Shown here: positions 22,016-31,585 of the stretch, piece after piece | How positions within the stretch are numbered: the first letter of the stretch is position 1 | How the letters are laid out: every line of letters begins with the position of its first letter | Assembly: GCA_016926735.1 (NCBI GenBank) | Contig: JAFGOA010000187.1 | Coordinates: 7,334-71,333 of the forward strand | Reading direction: 5' to 3' | DNA: 64,000 nucleotides | Source: Promethearchaeota archaeon | Lineage (GTDB): Archaea > Asgardarchaeota > Lokiarchaeia > Sigyniarchaeales > SOKP01 | Made by a program: the position numbers and the translations under genes | Notes under the pieces: model-generated | Database searches by the model: none | What the model was told of the DNA's origin: nothing | What the model saw: only the letters and a program-made list of their open reading frames with translations

Positions 22016-22069
22016 ATTATTTTTCCTTTAAATTTATAATAATTTAAAGTTTATTACAATTTAAAGATT

Positions 22070-23041
22070 TTAAACTTTTTTATTTTTATTTCTTAAATAA
22101 TGGGCAATATCTTCTTTTATAGGAATTCCCTTTCTGGCTCCTAATTCTTGAATACATTTTCCAGCAATATAATTTCCTAATCTAACATTATTTACAAGAT
22201 TATCAAATTCGAAGCTTAAATTTTGAAAAAAGCCATAAATAAAACCAGCAGAAAAAGCATCTCCTGCACCAGTTGTATCTTTAACATTTTCGATTATGTT
22301 CGATTCTACTAAAGAGGATTTATTTTTTGACACTAATAAAGCACCCTTCTTACCTAAAGTGATAATAATAGTTTTAAGACCAAGTTCCCAGAATTTTTCA
22401 TTTTTTTCAATCAAATAATTTGTATTGTTAGGGATATTTTTAATATGTATTAATTTACAATATTCTTTTTCTGATAAAATTAAAATATCAATTTTTTCAA
22501 GTAAGAGTTCGATATTATCGAATCCTTGATCTATTATCAACATACCGGGGTTTAAAATTACAGGAATCTTATTTTTCTTTCCTATTTTCCCTGCTTTAAT
22601 AAAAGGTTTTAAATTTTTAAGACTACTTAAAAAAAGAACCTTTGATTTAATTAACTCATTTTCAATAATATCTTCTTCTGATAAATAATTAGCAGCACCA
22701 CTATAAGCATAAATTCTTCTGTCTGCATTCTTATCTAGAGCAATATATGTTGAACCTGTTTGATAATCATTTGAATATTTAATTAAGTCTGTATTTACAC
22801 TATTATTTTTAAAATCACTGAGAATCTTATTTCTATATTCATCATCAAATCCTAGTTTTCCAATAAAAGAGGTATTTAAACCTAATTTACTACATGCTAC
22901 AGCAGTATTTGCAGCAGCTCCTCCAAATAACATTAGTAATTTGGAAACAAATACTTCATCATCTTCTAAAGGATGTCTATCTACTTGTGCTACTATATCA
23001 ATTAATGCGGCACCAATACATATAACATCAAAATTATTCAT
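22070..23041 (-). CDS. PfkB-family carbohydrate/nucleoside kinase
   Basis: GGAAANTA, TLGKKG and DTTGAGDAF. Confidence 0.93.
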   Translation of the reverse strand: MNNFDVICIGAALIDIVAQVDRHPLEDDEVFVSKLLMLFGGAAANTAVACSKLGLNTSFIGKLGFDDEYRNKILSDFKNNSVNTDLIKYSNDYQTGSTYIALDKNADRRIYAYSGAANYLSEEDIIENELIKSKVLFLSSLKNLKPFIKAGKIGKKNKIPVILNPGMLIIDQGFDNIELLLEKIDILILSEKEYCKLIHIKNIPNNTNYLIEKNEKFWELGLKTIIITLGKKGALLVSKNKSSLVESNIIENVKDTTGAGDAFSAGFIYGFFQNLSFEFDNLVNNVRLGNYIAGKCIQELGARKGIPIKEDIAHYLRNKNKKV

Positions 23042-23054
23042 ATTCTAAAAACCA

Positions 23055-24239
23055 TTAAATATATGTGAATTTTCCAAATTCTGACTGAATTTCTAAAGTA
23101 TTTTTATTTTTCAATGGAGATTTCTCACAAAAACCAATAATTTTAGCTTCAATATCAAATTTACTTGCAATATTTATTATATCTTTAGAAATTGATCGAT
23201 CGCAATATAATTCCATTCGATTTCCCATATTAAAAACCCTATACATTTCCTCCCAAACAGCTTTAGAAGATTCTTGAATAATTTTAAAGATTTTTGGAAT
23301 TGGAAACAAATCATTTTTTATAAATTTTATATTTTTTCCAAAATTCAAGCATTTTGTCTGACCTCCTCCTGTATTATGTATGATGGCATTTATTTTTGAT
23401 CTATATTTTTTTAGGATTTTTAGTAAAACAGGAGCATAAGTTCTTGTGGGAGATAGTAACGCTTTTCCTATGGTTGTATTTTTTTCATCAATAATATCTG
23501 ATAATTTATAATTTCCATAGAAAACAAAACTTTCCTGCAACTTGTTATCATAACATTCTGGATATTTATCGAAATATTGATGAGAGAGTACACCATGTCT
23601 TGCTAAAGTAAGACCATTGCTCCCAATTCCACTATTATATTCTTTTTCATAACTGGCTTTTCCAGTACTAGATAACCCGATAATAACATCTTTTTCAGAT
23701 ATATTATCAGCATTTATAACCTCATCTCTTCTCATTGTAGTGAATACAGAGGCGAATACTGAAAGTGTTTTTATTATATCTCCCATATCTTCTGTTTCAC
23801 CTCCACTGGTTTTGATATTTAATCCGTATTTTGTTAGAAACTCACAATAAGATTCATATTCATCAATAATTTCATTTATTATAAATCCATCTATATAATA
23901 AGCATTTCTTGCGATTGTATTTGAAAGAAAAATATTTTCTGTGCAACCCACACACATTATATCATCAATATTCATTACAATTGCATCTCTAACTATACCT
24001 CTAAAGAGAGATAAATCTCCGGATTCTTTATAATACATATAGGCTAAGGTGGCTTTAGTACCTGCACCATCTTCATGAAATATTGAGCAATAGTCTTTTC
24101 TTCCTGCAACATCTTCAACAATTTTGCAAAATGCACCTGGAAAGAGACCTCTATCTCTATTCTCAATTGCTTTATGTACATCTTCTTTTGTTGAAGAAAC
24201 ACCTAATTTTGAATATATATCATTTTTATTTTCTCTCAT
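23055..24239 (-). CDS. purM: AIR synthase (phosphoribosylformylglycinamidine cyclo-ligase)
   Basis: DGAGTK, MNIDD, GGETED, GSNGLT, HNTGGG and VFNMG; adjacent to purB. Confidence 0.9.
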   Translation of the reverse strand: MRENKNDIYSKLGVSSTKEDVHKAIENRDRGLFPGAFCKIVEDVAGRKDYCSIFHEDGAGTKATLAYMYYKESGDLSLFRGIVRDAIVMNIDDIMCVGCTENIFLSNTIARNAYYIDGFIINEIIDEYESYCEFLTKYGLNIKTSGGETEDMGDIIKTLSVFASVFTTMRRDEVINADNISEKDVIIGLSSTGKASYEKEYNSGIGSNGLTLARHGVLSHQYFDKYPECYDNKLQESFVFYGNYKLSDIIDEKNTTIGKALLSPTRTYAPVLLKILKKYRSKINAIIHNTGGGQTKCLNFGKNIKFIKNDLFPIPKIFKIIQESSKAVWEEMYRVFNMGNRMELYCDRSISKDIINIASKFDIEAKIIGFCEKSPLKNKNTLEIQSEFGKFTYI

Positions 24240-24248
24240 AGTAAGACA

Positions 24249-25610
24249 TTATTTTAGGTTATATTTTGATTTAAAATAAGTTACTAGGTTTTCTATTTGT
24301 TCAACTGCTTTACCTATATAATTATATGGATTAAATAACTCATTGATTTCTTCCTTTGTAAATTTGTGATTAATCTCATCGTTTTTTATGATTATATCTT
24401 TCATATAAAGGTTATCATCTCGAGCTTTAATTGCTGTTTGTCGTAATAATTCATGAGCTTCTTGTCGACCAATTCCTTTTTCAACTAGCTTAACCATAAC
24501 TTTTTCCGCTAAACAAGCTCCTTTTGTTAAATTAAGATTTTTTTCAATATTTTCTTTATTAAACTCTAATCCTGTTAGATTTTGAATAAGTTGCTGAATC
24601 ATGAAATCTAAAAAAACAAAATTTTCAGAAAAAATAACCCTCTCCGAAGCAGAGTTGGTTAAATCTCTCTCATCTTCAAGAACAATATTATCCATTGCCA
24701 CTATCACATTTGATTTGAGAATTCTTGATAAACTACAGATTCTTTCTGATTTATGAGGATTTCTTTTATGTGGCATAGTTGAGCTTCCTACTTGGTTCTT
24801 TTTAAAAGGTTCAAACATCTCAGCGATTTCATTTCGTTGTAGTATCCTATTTTCTTGAGCTATTTTAGCTAATGTTTGTCCTATAAGAGATGTGAGAAAG
24901 ATAACTTCAGCATGACGATCTCTCTGAACAATTTGATTAGCTATAAGAACAGGATTAAGATCTAAATCTTTCATGACTTCATTTTGGATAATAATACCTT
25001 GATCTCCAAAACTTGCCATTGTACCGACTGCTCCAGACATTTTTCCATAAGATATTCTTTCTTTTATTTGATGCAGTCTCTCTATATGACGATCAACTTC
25101 ATATGCCCATACTCCAAATCGCATACCGAATGTTGTAGGAACTGCTTGTTGTCCATGAGTACGACCAATACAAACTAATTCTTTATTTTTTTCCGATAAA
25201 ACAACTAATTCTTTTAATAGATTTATTAGTGATTTTTCTATAAGCATTAAACCTTCTTTTAACTGTAAAGCTATAGCAGTATCCTCAATATCATAACTAG
25301 TTGCCCCTAAATGGATATATTTTCCAGCATCTCCTTCACATTGTTCTGCTAATCCTTTCACCATTGCCATTAAATCATGATGAATCTCTCTATCTATTTC
25401 ATTTACTCTGTCAATTGATACGAATTTTAAATTAGCTTTTTTATTAATTTCTTCAGCAGCTTCTTTTGGGATATTACCTAATTTAGCGTGAATTTTAGCT
25501 AAGACTGCTTCTATTTTTAACCAATTCTCCAATTTTTTTTCTTCGGTAAAAATTTTAGACATTAAAGTGCGATATCTAGTTTCAATTGGATGTATAAATT
25601 TATGACTCAT
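24249..25610 (-). CDS. purB: Adenylosuccinate lyase
   Basis: HLGATSYD, GRTHGQ and GSSTMPHKRNP. Confidence 0.97.
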   Translation of the reverse strand: MSHKFIHPIETRYRTLMSKIFTEEKKLENWLKIEAVLAKIHAKLGNIPKEAAEEINKKANLKFVSIDRVNEIDREIHHDLMAMVKGLAEQCEGDAGKYIHLGATSYDIEDTAIALQLKEGLMLIEKSLINLLKELVVLSEKNKELVCIGRTHGQQAVPTTFGMRFGVWAYEVDRHIERLHQIKERISYGKMSGAVGTMASFGDQGIIIQNEVMKDLDLNPVLIANQIVQRDRHAEVIFLTSLIGQTLAKIAQENRILQRNEIAEMFEPFKKNQVGSSTMPHKRNPHKSERICSLSRILKSNVIVAMDNIVLEDERDLTNSASERVIFSENFVFLDFMIQQLIQNLTGLEFNKENIEKNLNLTKGACLAEKVMVKLVEKGIGRQEAHELLRQTAIKARDDNLYMKDIIIKNDEINHKFTKEEINELFNPYNYIGKAVEQIENLVTYFKSKYNLK

Positions 25611-25827
25611 TTGTTTTCATTCTCTAATAATTAATCCAGAAAATATGAAAATTAAGAAATAAATAAATGATACCTATGCTCTTAATCTCTAAGAAATTAT
25701 AATGAATTGTTTTAAAATATATTTAATTATTATTATATAAACATTTTAAAAAATCAAATTATTTTTAAAAATTAGAAATCTATTGACCTATACTTTTTTT
25801 TGAATAATAGTTAGTATTATTTATAGT

Positions 25828-26046
25828 ATGACTATTATCTTTTTTTATCGATGCATTCATTGTGGGGAATGGTATTATTGTACCAAACAAATAAAAAGAA
25901 AAAAATGTTGGAAATGTAATCATTCTTTTGATTTTGCTCATTCATCTAAATTTAAAAAAAAGTGTTCCTTAAATGAGGCAATTATGATCATTAAAGAACT
26001 TAAGAAGAGAAAGAAAAATGAGGGAATAATACACTTTTTAGAATAA
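25828..26046 (+). CDS. Small zinc-ribbon protein (DUF1922-like)
   Basis: RCIHCG...KKCWKC followed by a C-terminal helix. Confidence 0.65.
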   Translation: MTIIFFYRCIHCGEWYYCTKQIKRKKCWKCNHSFDFAHSSKFKKKCSLNEAIMIIKELKKRKKNEGIIHFLE

Positions 26047-26174
26047 TTTTGATAATGTAAGAAAGCTAATTTTATTTTATAAAAAACAAAGTTATTTAAA
26101 CTAAGGTTCTAAAAAATCTTTAAAGAGTAGATTAATTCCTCTTCATTTTTAAAAACATTATCTGAATATATAAT

Positions 26175-27620
26175 ATGAAAATTAATGAAGATCTCAAAAT
26201 ATTTGATGATAAACTGATAAATAAATTCAATAATTTATCTAATCATAATATAGATTATTGGGATATTAGAGCAGGGTATAGTACAGGAAATTCAATCGAA
26301 TTTACTGATAATAAAAGTAAAGAGATCTCTTCTTATGAGGTTATAAAATGTGGAATAAGAACTTTTACACAAGGCGGATGGGGTTTTGTAGTTGTTGAAG
26401 ATCTTTCCAGAGAATCTCTGATAAATAATTTTAAAAAAGCAATCAAATTAGCTCAATTATCTGGATCCTTGAATAAATTCAAATTTAATATTAAAGAATC
26501 TGATATATTGATAAAAAATTTTGAAATTAAAAATAAAATTCCATTAGAAAACATTGATATAACTGAGAAAATTAATTTAGTAAGAGATCATGAAAAAATT
26601 GCAAAAGAATTTAGTCCAAATATAAAAAATACTCTAACATTATATTTTGATGGAATTGGGAATGATATTTTTTTAAATTCATTTGGTTCTAATATTATTC
26701 AAAAATTATCACTTCTGAGAATATTTAGTTCTGTTTATGCTAAAAAAAATGGCATAATTCAAAGAGGAGTAAACTCTGTTGGGGGTATTGGGGGATTTGA
26801 AATAGCAAAAACTAAAAAAGCAAAGGAAATAAGTTTACTTTCTGCAAAAGAAGCAGTTGATTTATTAGATGCCCAGTCTCCAATAGGAGGGACTTTTCCT
26901 ATAATAATGGACCCTAAACTTACAGGAACATTTATTCATGAAGCATTTGGACATGCATGTGAAGCCGATCTTGTACTAAACAAAGAAAGTATATTAGAAG
27001 GAAAAATTGGGGAAAAATTAGCTCATGAAAATGTGACTATTATGGATGATCCAAGATTTGGGAGGGGAGAAGCTTTAGATTTACCTTATGAACTTTATGG
27101 AAGTTATTTTATTGACGATGAAGGAATACCTGCACAAAAAACCATCATTATTGAAAATGGCATCTTCAAAAATTATCTTCATAATAGAGAAACTGCTTCT
27201 AGAATGAATTTTAAACCAAATGGTCATGGAAGAGCATCTTCAAATATTAATAATCCACAGGTGAGAATGGGAATTACTATCCTTGAACCTAATGATTGGA
27301 CCTTAGAAGAAATGATTGAAGATACAAAAGATGGAATTTTATGTGAAGATTTTCAATATGGATATACAGATCCAACAACAGGAAATTTTCAATTTAAAGC
27401 AAGATTATCATATAGGATTGAGAATGGGGAAAAAAAAGAATTAATGAGAGATGTATCTCTTTCTGGGATGACATTAGATGTATTAAATAATATTGATGCA
27501 ATCGGAAATGAAATAGATTTCTCTGATGGAATGTGTGGAAAAGGAGGTCAAAGCGTTAGGGTTTGTGATGGAGGACCTCATATTCGTGTTAAAAAAATTA
27601 CAGTTGGAGGATTAAGGTAA
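26175..27620 (+). CDS. tldD: TldD metalloprotease subunit
   Basis: HEAFGHACE, DDEG, GHGR and CGKGGQ...GGP. Confidence 0.95.
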   Translation: MKINEDLKIFDDKLINKFNNLSNHNIDYWDIRAGYSTGNSIEFTDNKSKEISSYEVIKCGIRTFTQGGWGFVVVEDLSRESLINNFKKAIKLAQLSGSLNKFKFNIKESDILIKNFEIKNKIPLENIDITEKINLVRDHEKIAKEFSPNIKNTLTLYFDGIGNDIFLNSFGSNIIQKLSLLRIFSSVYAKKNGIIQRGVNSVGGIGGFEIAKTKKAKEISLLSAKEAVDLLDAQSPIGGTFPIIMDPKLTGTFIHEAFGHACEADLVLNKESILEGKIGEKLAHENVTIMDDPRFGRGEALDLPYELYGSYFIDDEGIPAQKTIIIENGIFKNYLHNRETASRMNFKPNGHGRASSNINNPQVRMGITILEPNDWTLEEMIEDTKDGILCEDFQYGYTDPTTGNFQFKARLSYRIENGEKKELMRDVSLSGMTLDVLNNIDAIGNEIDFSDGMCGKGGQSVRVCDGGPHIRVKKITVGGLR

Positions 27621-27623
27621 AAA

Positions 27624-28997
27624 ATGTTGCAGGATCATGATATTTATAGTATATCTAATAAAATTCTCAATTCTCTTAATCAAAATAATGAAATTAAATG
27701 TTCTGAAGTTTTTTTTGATAAAACAAGCTATATAAATATTGAAATTGAAGAAAATTCAATTAAATATAGTAAATTAGCTTCAGAAAGGGGGCTTTCCATT
27801 AGAATAATAGATAAAAGAGGGTCTTTAGGATTTTCATTTACTAATAAACTTGAAAATAAACCTATTGAATCAATTGTTAAAACGGCCATTTCTATGATGA
27901 ATTGTGGTACTCCAGATCCGGATTTTAAGAATTTACCCCTTCTTTGCAATTCATATCCTGAAGTAAAGGGAATATATGATGAAAAAATTAAAGATTTAGA
28001 TATAGAAGATTCTTCAAAATATATAGATAATTTGATACGAATTTGTGATGAAGATGAAAAAGCAATTTCACAATCAGCAAAATTTAAATCAAGTTATAAT
28101 GAAACTTATATTTTTAATTCAAATGGTATTGAACTTTATGGAAAAGATACAATTTGTTCGATTTCTTCAAATATGATAGTTAAAGATAAGATTTCTAAAC
28201 AGACCTCATTTGGATTTGATTGGCAATCTGTAAGGAATATTAGGGACTTGGATTCTGAAAGAATAGCATCAAATGCATTAGAAAAAGCAAAACAACATTT
28301 AAATAGAAAAAATATTAAAAATATGAAAGCTCCAATTATTCTTACTCCAACTGGTACGATTAACTTAATTATTAGTCCAATAATTTCTGCTATAAATGCT
28401 GAGAATTTTCAATATAAACGAAGTTTTCTTATAGGGAAAAGAGGGGAGAAAATCGGAACAGATATTTTAAATATTGAAGATAATGCTCTTATAAATGGTG
28501 CAACCGGGTCTTCTTGTTTTGATGATGAAGGTGTTCCATGCAAAAACAAAAAAATAATTGAAAAAGGCATATTTCTTAAACAGGGATTACTTCATAATAG
28601 TTATACAGCTGCTAAAGAAGGAATTGATCCTACAGGAAATTCCATACGTACTTCATATAGCTCTCTACCTTCAATTGATTGTACTAATTTTATATTAAAA
28701 TCAGGAAATGAGAACAAAGAGGATATCATAAGTGATATTAATCTGGGCATTCTTTTTGAATATTCAGGAGACTCTGCAAATTTATCAACAGGAGATTTTT
28801 CTGGATTGATCTTACAAGGAAATCTTATAGAAAATGGAGAAATTAAACATTCCTTAAATAATACAATGTTTGGAATTAATCTCTTGGATTTATTTCAAAA
28901 TATATCTCAAATTTCAAAAGAATATCAAATATATGGTCCTTATAGTGCTCCTTATGTATGTGTTGATAATGTTCAAATAATAGGAAATAAGAATTAA
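27624..28997 (+). CDS. pmbA: PmbA/TldE subunit
   Basis: FDDEGVP, TGN and TGDFSG; no HExxxH; directly follows tldD. Confidence 0.92.
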   Translation: MLQDHDIYSISNKILNSLNQNNEIKCSEVFFDKTSYINIEIEENSIKYSKLASERGLSIRIIDKRGSLGFSFTNKLENKPIESIVKTAISMMNCGTPDPDFKNLPLLCNSYPEVKGIYDEKIKDLDIEDSSKYIDNLIRICDEDEKAISQSAKFKSSYNETYIFNSNGIELYGKDTICSISSNMIVKDKISKQTSFGFDWQSVRNIRDLDSERIASNALEKAKQHLNRKNIKNMKAPIILTPTGTINLIISPIISAINAENFQYKRSFLIGKRGEKIGTDILNIEDNALINGATGSSCFDDEGVPCKNKKIIEKGIFLKQGLLHNSYTAAKEGIDPTGNSIRTSYSSLPSIDCTNFILKSGNENKEDIISDINLGILFEYSGDSANLSTGDFSGLILQGNLIENGEIKHSLNNTMFGINLLDLFQNISQISKEYQIYGPYSAPYVCVDNVQIIGNKN

Positions 28998-29500
28998 GAT
29001 GTGATATTTAGATGAAGTGTTAGAACATCGTAAAAATTTTCAATACCAAATTGAGGGACTATATATAATTCTAATATTATTATCCTTAAACCAATTGAAT
29101 AAAAGGTAATTTTTAATTGCTCTGATATCCAAAATTGTTTATGATTAAGAGTATAGTTTCCAATTGTACTGTTTAATAATGCATCATAACTTCCAGTCTC
29201 ATTTATAATTGTGTTATTATCCCCTTTTAGAATTTTTACATTAAAAGTAAGATCTTTTCCTAAATGATTATCAACAGCAGCATAAAAAGAAATATTTTCT
29301 CCTATTGTAGCATTTGTTGGGTAATTTTGCATTTTCTGTTCTTCATTTAATACACTAAAAGTTATAAATCCCGGTTCTGGATTTATAATTAGGAATATAA
29401 GAAAAGATGAAATTACAATAATTCCTGCTAAAAGAGAGATTGTGACTATTTTATTGAATTGTTTATATCTTTTTTTTAAATTATGTTTAGATTCATTCAT
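28994..29500 (-). CDS. Membrane-anchored DUF1616-like protein
   Basis: N-terminal TM, then F.VL...NYP...GE...V.NH and a C-terminal ELY...L.L pattern. Confidence 0.6.
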   Translation of the reverse strand: MNESKHNLKKRYKQFNKIVTISLLAGIIVISSFLIFLIINPEPGFITFSVLNEEQKMQNYPTNATIGENISFYAAVDNHLGKDLTFNVKILKGDNNTIINETGSYDALLNSTIGNYTLNHKQFWISEQLKITFYSIGLRIIILELYIVPQFGIENFYDVLTLHLNITS

Positions 29501-29502
29501 TT

Positions 29503-30573
29503 CTAATTTCCCTTATGTTGTTCTCTGAACCATTGAATCGTCTTTTTCAACCCCTCTTTTAACGGAGTTTTAGGTTCCCAATTGAGTATATTTCTTGCTT
29601 TTTTAATATCAGCACTCCTTCTTTTGGGATCATCAATAGGAAGACCTTTAAATATTACTTTGGAATTTGAATTAGTTAATTCGATTATAACATTAGCCAA
29701 CTCTAAAATAGTATATTCTTTATCATTACCTATGTTGATTACTTCGCCAATTGCATTATCATTATATACCATTTTTAGAATTCCTTCTATTTGATCTGAT
29801 ACATATAAAAATGAACGAGTTTGAGAGCCATCTCCAAAAACAGTTATATCTAAATCATTTATTGCTTGATAAATAAAATTAGGAACAACTCTTCCAAACT
29901 CAGGACCATATCTAATTCTTGGCCCTGAAGTATTGAAAATTCTCACAATTTTTGTTTCTAAATTGTGTTGTAATTCATAAGCTTTAATAAAAGCTTCTCC
30001 TGCTCTCTTTGATTCATCATAACAGCTTCTAGGTCCTACAGGATTAACATGCCCAAAATATGATTCTGGAGTTGGAATTGCATCATCTGGAGGGTCACCA
30101 TAAACCTCAGAAGTACTTGTATAGAAAAATAATGCATTATGTGTTTTTGCTATACCTAATGCATTCATTGTCCCTAAGGTGTTACTTTTTAATATCGAAA
30201 TTGGAAAATCTTTAAATTCAAAAGGAGAAGCTCTACTTGCCATATGCATTACAATATCAATCTTTTTGATATTACTCAAGCATATTCCATTTGGATGACT
30301 ACTGATTCCAAAATATATTGGTTTGGAAATGTCATGGTAAATAAAGCGAAAATTATTTTTATTAATCAAGTGAATAATATTATCTTTTGATCCAGAGGCA
30401 TAATTATCTAAACAAATACAGTTTGCTTTTTGTTTAACTAAAACATCACAAACCCATGAACCCAAAAATCCTGTACCACCAGTAACAAGAATTGTCTTGT
30501 TTTCAAATGATACACCCTCATCTAATAATCTTTTATTAATATCATTGATGTCATTACTGATACTATAATCCAT
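29503..30573 (-). CDS. UDP-glucuronate decarboxylase-like extended SDR
   Basis: GGTGFLG, STSEVYG, RSCYDESKR and GDGSQTRSF. Confidence 0.92.
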   Translation of the reverse strand: MDYSISNDINDINKRLLDEGVSFENKTILVTGGTGFLGSWVCDVLVKQKANCICLDNYASGSKDNIIHLINKNNFRFIYHDISKPIYFGISSHPNGICLSNIKKIDIVMHMASRASPFEFKDFPISILKSNTLGTMNALGIAKTHNALFFYTSTSEVYGDPPDDAIPTPESYFGHVNPVGPRSCYDESKRAGEAFIKAYELQHNLETKIVRIFNTSGPRIRYGPEFGRVVPNFIYQAINDLDITVFGDGSQTRSFLYVSDQIEGILKMVYNDNAIGEVINIGNDKEYTILELANVIIELTNSNSKVIFKGLPIDDPKRRSADIKKARNILNWEPKTPLKEGLKKTIQWFREQHKGN

Positions 30574-30834
30574 TTAATATCTTTTTTTTTTTAAATTCTC
30601 TTGTTCTTCTTAAATTTTCTTGATTTTATTAAATTTATGAATTTTCATTGCGAAGGAATATTGAAATACTATAACATTGTTATTAAGTTCCATATATATC
30701 TTAATACTATCTTTTCTCTATTCCATTAATAAAGATTTCTCTCTATATTTATGGATTTTCTAATAATTAAACTTTTTTTTGAACTTCCTTTTGGAGATAA
30801 CACATAAAATATTTAAAAATAAGATAATATCTGT

Positions 30835-31446
30835 TTATTGTGTTTTTCTTCCACAATATTGACAAAATTTTTGTTCAACAGGATATAAATTGCCACAATT
30901 TGGACAATTATTTAAACTATTTTTTAAAATTTCTTTACTTAACATTTCAAAAGCATATTCTACATTTTCTCCGGTCTTAGCGGAAGTCCTAATTAATTCT
31001 CCTTGAAAATTAGCTTTCTTAAAGAATTCTTCACCCTCTTCTTTGCTTACTTCTCTTAAATCATCTAAATCATATTTTGTTTCTATTATCAATTTGGTTT
31101 TTGGACTATTTGGAACAGAAGATATAATCTTTACCCATTCCTCCAAGTCTTCAAGTGAATCTTTATTTGTACAATCATATAACATCAATGCACCTGATGC
31201 TCCAGAGACATATGAAGGTAACAAAATTCTGAATTTTTTTTCACCGGCAAAATCCCATATATTTAATAAAATGTCGGTCTCCTCTGTAGATACTTTTTTA
31301 GTCTCAAAATCCACTCCTATGGTTGAAAGTAAATCTGCATGGAATTTGCCTGTTGCATAACGACGGATTAAACTTGTTTTTCCCGCATCCTTAGCCCCTG
31401 CAACAACAACTTTGAATTTTAAAAGTCTTCTTGTATAATTTGACAT
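30835..31446 (-). CDS. Rab-like small GTPase with C-terminal zinc ribbon
   Basis: GAKDAGKT, STIGVDF, WDFAGE, TKYD and TSAKTG. C-terminal CPNC...CQYCG. Confidence 0.9.
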   Translation of the reverse strand: MSNYTRRLLKFKVVVAGAKDAGKTSLIRRYATGKFHADLLSTIGVDFETKKVSTEETDILLNIWDFAGEKKFRILLPSYVSGASGALMLYDCTNKDSLEDLEEWVKIISSVPNSPKTKLIIETKYDLDDLREVSKEEGEEFFKKANFQGELIRTSAKTGENVEYAFEMLSKEILKNSLNNCPNCGNLYPVEQKFCQYCGRKTQ

Positions 31447-31585
31447 GATATATTTTTATATGTTATTTTTCGAAAATTAAAGTATATATACATAATTAAG
31501 TTTATTGGTTAAAAATCTTTTTTTTACAACATTTTTTACAAACAAAAAATTTTTACAAATATTGATTTTTTCTTCTTTCTGAAAA

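Noticed and set aside
30260-30330. Extra residues in the UDP-glucuronate decarboxylase (and in TldD near 27060) as possible in-frame introns
   Set aside because: No BHB geometry found by eye; ordinary loop insertions are more likely.
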